DNA of 64,000 bases from Aquificaceae bacterium (lineage in GTDB: Bacteria > Aquificota > Aquificia > Aquificales > Aquificaceae): positions 480,001 through 544,000 of the forward strand of contig JAXSNR010000001.1 of NCBI GenBank assembly GCA_037925075.1. The letters run 5' to 3'. How positions within the stretch are numbered: position 1 is the stretch's first letter; each line of letters begins with the position of its first letter. A model generated the notes under the pieces. The model was not told the origin of the DNA. It worked only from the letters and a program-made list of their open reading frames with translations, and did not search any database. Positions 58,647 through 64,000 of this stretch are shown here, piece by piece. The translations under genes were made by a program, and so were the position numbers.

Positions 58647-59708
58647 TTAGTCTTTGAGTATCCTCTTTTCGTATATAAGGGCAAGGGTGAATAGGGTGGT
58701 AAATACTATAGGTCCAAGGAATATGCCCACAAAGCCAAAGGTTAATAAACCACCCACTATGGAGAAGAAAAGCACTATGTAGGGCATGCTTATGCCCATT
58801 TTCATTATCAAAGGTCTTAATAAATTGTCTATAGCTGATATAACAAGCATGCCGTAGATGAACATAAAAGCTCCAGCGTATATGCCTTTAGTGGCAAGTG
58901 CATAAACCGCCACGGGAAACCAGACAAAGCCCGCACCAAAGGGTGGTATAAAACTACTTATAAAGGTGGCTATGGCAAGAAGTACCGCATAGTCTATGCC
59001 TACTAATTTGTACCCCAAGAAGCCTACCGCACCTTGGGCTATAGCCACACCTATGGAGCCATAAACGGTGGCGAGCACTGTCTTGTATATGGTAATGGAA
59101 ACCTGCTCCATATCTTCCCTATGCATGGGAAGAAACCGGTTCACAAATCTTACAAACTTTGGGCCGTCCCTGAGGATGAAAAAAAGGGTGAGCAAAAACA
59201 CAAAGGTCTTGAAGATAAAACTCCCCACCGCAGGAACTATGGAAGTCGCAAGGTCAAGCCCCCTTTGAAGAAGGTTTCTCAGACCACTTATGAGAACGCT
59301 TTTAAACTCTTCAGATTCCGCGTATGCAATGAAGCCTTTTATTTCCTGCTCTGTAAAAAGTTTTTTGAGAAGAGGGCTTTCAAGCACGCCTTTAATCAGA
59401 TCCATGTAAGAGTTGTTCTGCGTAAAAACTACCGCAAAATGGAGTAGCTCTATGGACTGTCTTACCGCCATAGTAAGCACTAAACTAAAGGGTACCACCA
59501 CCAATATAAGAACCAACAGGGTAAGCAAAAGTGCAGAAGGTGTGTTGCCTATTCTCTTTGAAAGCTTCATGTGTATGGGATACAGAACCAAGGAAAATAT
59601 AGCAGCCCAGAGCAGGGGCTTTAAAAAGGGCAAAAGCATGCTAAAGGCAAGAAATACAAAAAAGCCCGTCAATGCAAGTAGGAAATACAAAAAGATTTTT
59701 TCCCTCAC
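58647..59708 (-). CDS. AI-2E family transporter
   Basis: FFILRDG, IDNLLRP, GGLLTFGFVGIFLGP. Confidence 0.93.
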   Translation of the reverse strand: MREKIFLYFLLALTGFFVFLAFSMLLPFLKPLLWAAIFSLVLYPIHMKLSKRIGNTPSALLLTLLVLILVVVPFSLVLTMAVRQSIELLHFAVVFTQNNSYMDLIKGVLESPLLKKLFTEQEIKGFIAYAESEEFKSVLISGLRNLLQRGLDLATSIVPAVGSFIFKTFVFLLTLFFILRDGPKFVRFVNRFLPMHREDMEQVSITIYKTVLATVYGSIGVAIAQGAVGFLGYKLVGIDYAVLLAIATFISSFIPPFGAGFVWFPVAVYALATKGIYAGAFMFIYGMLVISAIDNLLRPLIMKMGISMPYIVLFFSIVGGLLTFGFVGIFLGPIVFTTLFTLALIYEKRILKD

Positions 59709-59726
59709 AGGACTAAATTATAAGTT

Positions 59727-59939
59727 ATGGAAAACTGTCCAAAATGTGGTAGTTTGCTTGAAGTCATAGAATGCTGTGGTGGAGGGATATTTAGGTGTGA
59801 GGGTTGTGGAGAGTATTACTTTTATGGAGAGCTCATAGAGTTTCAAAAAAGCTTTGAGGGGGCCGTTTCAAAAGCTCAAGGGCAACATCCCTCGGAGGAT
59901 AACCTTCAACCACAACCCTATAGACCGCAGTGCTTATAG
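59727..59939 (+). CDS. Small zinc-ribbon protein
   Basis: CPKC...CC...CEGC in the intergenic part; TAAATT 7 nt upstream; tail overlaps gpsA antisense. Confidence 0.6.
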   Translation: MENCPKCGSLLEVIECCGGGIFRCEGCGEYYFYGELIEFQKSFEGAVSKAQGQHPSEDNLQPQPYRPQCL

Positions 59940-60813
59940 GTGTATGAAGCCCTTTTTCCATAGACAGCTTATGGACTGCCTTGACGGTGTGTATGCCTTC
60001 CACCGTCTGATTTAGCCTCTCAAGAGCCTCTTGGAGAGAAAGTCCCTGCCCAAGGAGATGGCCAAAGGTTCTGTTCCTTGATTGGGTGGAGCTGGCGGTA
60101 AGAAAGAGATCTCCCATGCCAGAAAGACCGTAAAAGGTTTCCCTTTTGGCACCAAGCGAAACACCAATTCTTACCATCTCCGCAAGACCACGAGTCATCA
60201 AAGAAGCCCTTGCGTTTTCGCCAAAGCCAAGCCCATCGGATATACCACAGGCTATGGCTATAACATTTTTCAAAGCCCCTCCAAGCTCAACGCCAACAAG
60301 GTCTGTGGAAAGGTAGACTCTGAAATTCTCAGAACTTATCCAGCTTCTTATCTTTTCCATCTCCTCAAGGTCCCCCCCCGCAAGCACAAGGGCGGTGGGT
60401 AAGCCCTTAGAGACCTCATTGGCAAAGGAAGGACCAGAGAGACAAAAAACCTTTACAGAGGGCTCAAGCTCAAGAAGGATCTCAGAAACCCTTTTTTCTG
60501 TGCCCACCTCAAGCCCTTTGGACGCTGAGATGAACCTTTTGCCTTTCAGAGAGCTACCACTTAGGACTTGTCTTATGACCTGAACTGGCAAAGCTACTAT
60601 CACATAATCTGAAAAGGCAAGGGCTTTGTTAAGGTCCTGCGTGGCATCTACACCTTTTAGCTTGACCCCGTCCATATAGGGATGCTTTCCCTCTTTTATA
60701 GTCCTGACAATGTCTTCTTTTCTATCAAAGACCATAAGGCTGTGCCCCAAGTTTCCTAAATGAAAGGCAAGGGCGGTGCCCCAACGACCTCCACCAAGAA
60801 CAGAAAAGTTCAT
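59833..60813 (-). CDS. gpsA: NAD(P)H-dependent glycerol-3-phosphate dehydrogenase
   Basis: GGGRWGTALA, SGPSFA, GGALKNVIAIACG, GDLFLT...SRN. Confidence 0.97.
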   Translation of the reverse strand: MNFSVLGGGRWGTALAFHLGNLGHSLMVFDRKEDIVRTIKEGKHPYMDGVKLKGVDATQDLNKALAFSDYVIVALPVQVIRQVLSGSSLKGKRFISASKGLEVGTEKRVSEILLELEPSVKVFCLSGPSFANEVSKGLPTALVLAGGDLEEMEKIRSWISSENFRVYLSTDLVGVELGGALKNVIAIACGISDGLGFGENARASLMTRGLAEMVRIGVSLGAKRETFYGLSGMGDLFLTASSTQSRNRTFGHLLGQGLSLQEALERLNQTVEGIHTVKAVHKLSMEKGLHTPISTAVYRVVVEGYPPRDVALELLKRPPQSFFETL

Positions 60814-60854
60814 AGGCTTAATTATACGACCTGTATGCTATACTATGATGTATA

Positions 60855-61559
60855 ATGCTTAGAGGGGATAAAATAGAAAAAGTATTTTACTGGGGCATAT
60901 CCATGCTCCTAAACCTTACAATGTTTACCCTCCTCTCCCTCTACCTTTCCGTCAGGGTTGAATTGGGGCTTCAGAAACCTCCTTTGCAGGTGTACGTGGA
61001 AGAATTGTCCCAGATAAGGGAGGTAAAATTAGCAGGCGGAAAGCAAGGCACCTCTCACAAACCTACAGTGGGAGAGGGCATTGTCAAAAAAGGAAAAGAT
61101 AAAGCTACCGCATCTCCTGTGGAGGTGCCAAGTAAGGAGGGAGACCTTCAGGTACCCGCAGGCAAGCCAATGGAGGAACCCTCTTTACTTGAAGAAATTG
61201 AGCAGAGGGTAAGAGGGAGAGAAAGGGTAGTAGAAAAGGAAGGTGTGAAGAATGCGGAGATTGGGAACATAACCGCAGTGGTCTCACCAGAAGGCGTGGG
61301 GTTTTCGGGTGGTGGAAGGGCAACGGTTTACACGCCACCCTTTCCAAAGATAAGCTCCGATGAGCCTCTTAGCCCTCTAAAGGTAAGGATATGGATAGAG
61401 CCCTCGGGTGTGGTCTCAAGGGTTCAGATAATCCAAAAGAGCGGTTCCGCACAGGTGGACCAAAAGATGGTGGAGTTTGTCAAGGGTATAAGGTTTGAGG
61501 CTATAAGGGAGAACACACTTCAGACGGGCATAATAACCTTTAGGTTTAAGGGAGGTTAA
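60855..61559 (+). CDS. TonB/TolA C-terminal domain protein
   Basis: N-terminal TM, linker, [22 protein letters not shown]. Confidence 0.78.
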   Translation: MLRGDKIEKVFYWGISMLLNLTMFTLLSLYLSVRVELGLQKPPLQVYVEELSQIREVKLAGGKQGTSHKPTVGEGIVKKGKDKATASPVEVPSKEGDLQVPAGKPMEEPSLLEEIEQRVRGRERVVEKEGVKNAEIGNITAVVSPEGVGFSGGGRATVYTPPFPKISSDEPLSPLKVRIWIEPSGVVSRVQIIQKSGSAQVDQKMVEFVKGIRFEAIRENTLQTGIITFRFKGG

Positions 61560-61561
61560 GC

Positions 61562-62350
61562 ATGAGTATAGGAAAGCTGTTAAGGTTGGAAAGGCTTATC
61601 AACAGGGATACGGGTAAAACCATAATAGTACCAATGGACCACGGGGTAAGCTCCGGTCCTATGGAGGGGATTGAAAACATAAGAAGGGCTGTAGAGGATG
61701 TGGCGGAAGGTGGTGCCAATGCGGTTGTGCTTCACAAGGGCATGGTAAGGGCAGGGCACAGGGGCAGGGGTAGAGATATTGGGCTAATAGTTCACCTTTC
61801 TGCGTCCACCGACTGGGCACCCACAAAGAACGATAAGGTGCTCGTATGCACGGTAGAGGAAGCCATAAAACTCGGTGCGGATGGCGTATCCATCCATGTG
61901 AATGTGGGTGCGGACATGGAAAGAGAGATGCTAAGAGATTTTGGCTATGTTTCCAAGGTCTGCGAAGAGTGGGGCATGCCCCTTCTTGCCATGGTGTATG
62001 GAAGGGGTAAAGATATGAACCAGTATGAACCCAAGGTTGTAGCCCATTGTGCCAGACTGGGTGCAGAATTGGGGGCAGATATAGTAAAAGTACCTTACAC
62101 GGGAGACCCAGAGAGCTTTTCAAAGGTGGTGGAGGGCTGTCCCATACCAGTGGTAATAGCGGGTGGTCCAAAGATGAAAACGGAAAGGGAGGTGCTTGAG
62201 ATGGTTTATGGGGCTATAAGGGCGGGTGCCAAGGGTCTTTCTATCGGACGCAACGTATTTCAGGCTAAGAACAGGGTAGCTATGGTGAGGGCACTCAGCC
62301 TCATAGTGCATGAGGGTAAGGGAGTGGAGGAAGCTATTAAAATCTTGTAG
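61562..62350 (+). CDS. DhnA-type class I aldolase (ADH synthase / FBP aldolase family)
   Basis: [20 protein letters not shown] Schiff-base Lys, AGGPK, GRNVFQ. Confidence 0.9.
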   Translation: MSIGKLLRLERLINRDTGKTIIVPMDHGVSSGPMEGIENIRRAVEDVAEGGANAVVLHKGMVRAGHRGRGRDIGLIVHLSASTDWAPTKNDKVLVCTVEEAIKLGADGVSIHVNVGADMEREMLRDFGYVSKVCEEWGMPLLAMVYGRGKDMNQYEPKVVAHCARLGAELGADIVKVPYTGDPESFSKVVEGCPIPVVIAGGPKMKTEREVLEMVYGAIRAGAKGLSIGRNVFQAKNRVAMVRALSLIVHEGKGVEEAIKIL

Positions 62351-62360
62351 GAGGCAAAGG

Positions 62361-63179
62361 ATGGGTCTTCTTGAGGGGAAAAGGGCCCTTATAACGGGCA
62401 TAGCCAACGAAAGGAGCATAGCCTACGGCATAGCAAAGGCCTTTCACAGAGAAGGTGCGGAGCTTGCCCTTACCTATGCAAACGAGAAGCTAAAAAAGAG
62501 AGTGGAGGAGGTAGCCAAGGAGTTGGGTTCTGAGCTTGTCTTTGAATGCGATGTTTCAAAGGACGAGGACATATCTGCACTTAGGGAAGAGCTTTCTAAG
62601 GCGTGGGGAAGCCTTGATATAGTGGTTCATTCCATAGCCTACGCTCCAAAGGAGGAGTTCAAGGGAGGTGTTATAGACACTTCAAGGGAGGGCTTTAAGA
62701 TCGCCATGGACATATCTGTTTATTCTCTGATAGCACTAACAAGAGAGCTACTTCCCTTGATGGAGGGTAGAGAAGGTTCAATAATAACCCTTTCCTACTA
62801 CGGTGCGGAAAAGGTGGTACCTCACTACAATGTGATGGGGATTGCCAAGTCAGCCCTTGAGTGTACCGTAAGATACCTTGCCTATGACATAGCCAAGCAT
62901 GGACATAGGATAAACGCCATATCCGCCGGACCCATAAAAACCTTGGCTGCCTATAGCATAACTGGCTTTCACCTTCTCATGGAACACACCATAAAGGTAA
63001 ACCCCTTCGGAAGGGCTATAACCATAGAAGATGTGGGTGATACTGCGGTGTTTTTGTGTAGCCATTGGGCGAGGGGTATAACGGGCGAGGTGGTTCATGT
63101 GGACAACGGCTACCACATAATGGGTGTTTTTGGAAGGGAAGAGGAGATAAAGAGGGAGGTTTTTGGAGAAGACAAGTAA
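62361..63179 (+). CDS. fabI: Enoyl-ACP reductase
   Basis: [37 protein letters not shown]. Confidence 0.97.
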   Translation: MGLLEGKRALITGIANERSIAYGIAKAFHREGAELALTYANEKLKKRVEEVAKELGSELVFECDVSKDEDISALREELSKAWGSLDIVVHSIAYAPKEEFKGGVIDTSREGFKIAMDISVYSLIALTRELLPLMEGREGSIITLSYYGAEKVVPHYNVMGIAKSALECTVRYLAYDIAKHGHRINAISAGPIKTLAAYSITGFHLLMEHTIKVNPFGRAITIEDVGDTAVFLCSHWARGITGEVVHVDNGYHIMGVFGREEEIKREVFGEDK

Positions 63180-64000
63180 TGAAAACTTATGAGCTGTACG
63201 GTCTTAAGGAAGAAGGATACGAAAGAATAGTCCGTAAGCTTGGCCGCGAGCCAAACTTCATAGAATTGGGCATTTTGGGAGCCCTCTGGTCTGAACACTG
63301 CTCCTATAAGTCCTCAAGGGTGCATCTTAAGAAATTCCCTACCAGTGCAGGCTGGGTTGTGCAAGGTCCGGGTGAAAACGCAGGCGTGGTGGAACTTGAC
63401 AGCAAGGTGTGGCTTGCCTTTAAGATAGAAAGCCACAACCACCCCTCTTACATAGAGCCCTTTCATGGTGCCGCCACAGGCGTGGGAGGAATAATAAGAG
63501 ATGTACTCTCCATGGGTGCAAGGCCCATAGCTATCGTGGATTCTCTGAGGTTTGGGCTTCCCTTGGATAGGAGGATATTAAAGGGTGTAGTTCGTGGCAT
63601 ATCCCACTACGGCAACTGCGTGGGCATTCCTACGGTGGCTGGAGAGACTTACTTTGAAGAGTGCTACAAAACAAACCCTCTTGTGAACGCCTTCTGTCTT
63701 GGGATACTGCCTGCGGGCAGGATGCTTAGGGCAAGAGGAAAGCCCGGGGACCTTCTTTTCCTTCTTGGCTCTTCCACCGGAAGGGATGGCATACACGGTG
63801 CGGTTATGGCTTCTGCGGAGTTTGGCGAAGGTACAGAGGAAAAGCTTCCCAATGTTCAGATAGGAGACCCGTACTTTGGCAAAAAGCTCATAGAGGCAGT
63901 TCTTCAGGCGTTGGAGGAGGGACTAATAGTTGGTCTTCAGGACCTTGGTGCTGCGGGGCTTTCGGGTGCCTCTTCGGAGCTTGCGAGCAAGTCCAAATGT
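63179..64000 (+). CDS. purL: Phosphoribosylformylglycinamidine synthase subunit PurL (runs off the window)
   Basis: ATG at 63179; [43 protein letters not shown]. Confidence 0.97.
   Translation, partial: MKTYELYGLKEEGYERIVRKLGREPNFIELGILGALWSEHCSYKSSRVHLKKFPTSAGWVVQGPGENAGVVELDSKVWLAFKIESHNHPSYIEPFHGAATGVGGIIRDVLSMGARPIAIVDSLRFGLPLDRRILKGVVRGISHYGNCVGIPTVAGETYFEECYKTNPLVNAFCLGILPAGRMLRARGKPGDLLFLLGSSTGRDGIHGAVMASAEFGEGTEEKLPNVQIGDPYFGKKLIEAVLQALEEGLIVGLQDLGAAGLSGASSELASKSKC

Overview
Gene-dense bacterial chromosome segment. Gene content and protein style (dhsU/Rieske/fccB-type sulfur cluster, two-CxxC protein disulfide oxidoreductase, DhnA-type aldolase, tRNA genes without CCA, K/E-rich proteins) suggest an Aquificaceae thermophile; this is inference. 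It holds about 65 CDS, mostly unlinked housekeeping genes, and three tRNAs (Pro-CGG, Val-CAC, Pro-GGG). No CRISPR array, rRNA, transposase or integrase was seen. The standout is an AT-rich, tightly coupled six-gene minus-strand operon at 45841-54298. It encodes a BcsB-like subunit, an outer-membrane barrel candidate, an MshEN + GT2 synthase, a GT-C-like membrane protein, a Tat-lipoprotein with a degenerate GH-A-like fold and a divergent ManC. Together these look like an uncharacterised, probably c-di-GMP-gated exopolysaccharide synthesis/secretion system. Other signals: -10 boxes sitting just before many start codons without Shine-Dalgarno (leaderless), 16-24 bp bidirectional promoters between divergent genes, an OmpR/PhoB-style direct repeat shared by two promoters, a G6-tract frameshift at the start of a GGDEF-EAL gene, an unusual diheme cytochrome coupled to a Lit-family gene, and a foreign-looking orphan at 17.4-18.4 kb. 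All assignments come from motif recognition by eye; no searches were run.
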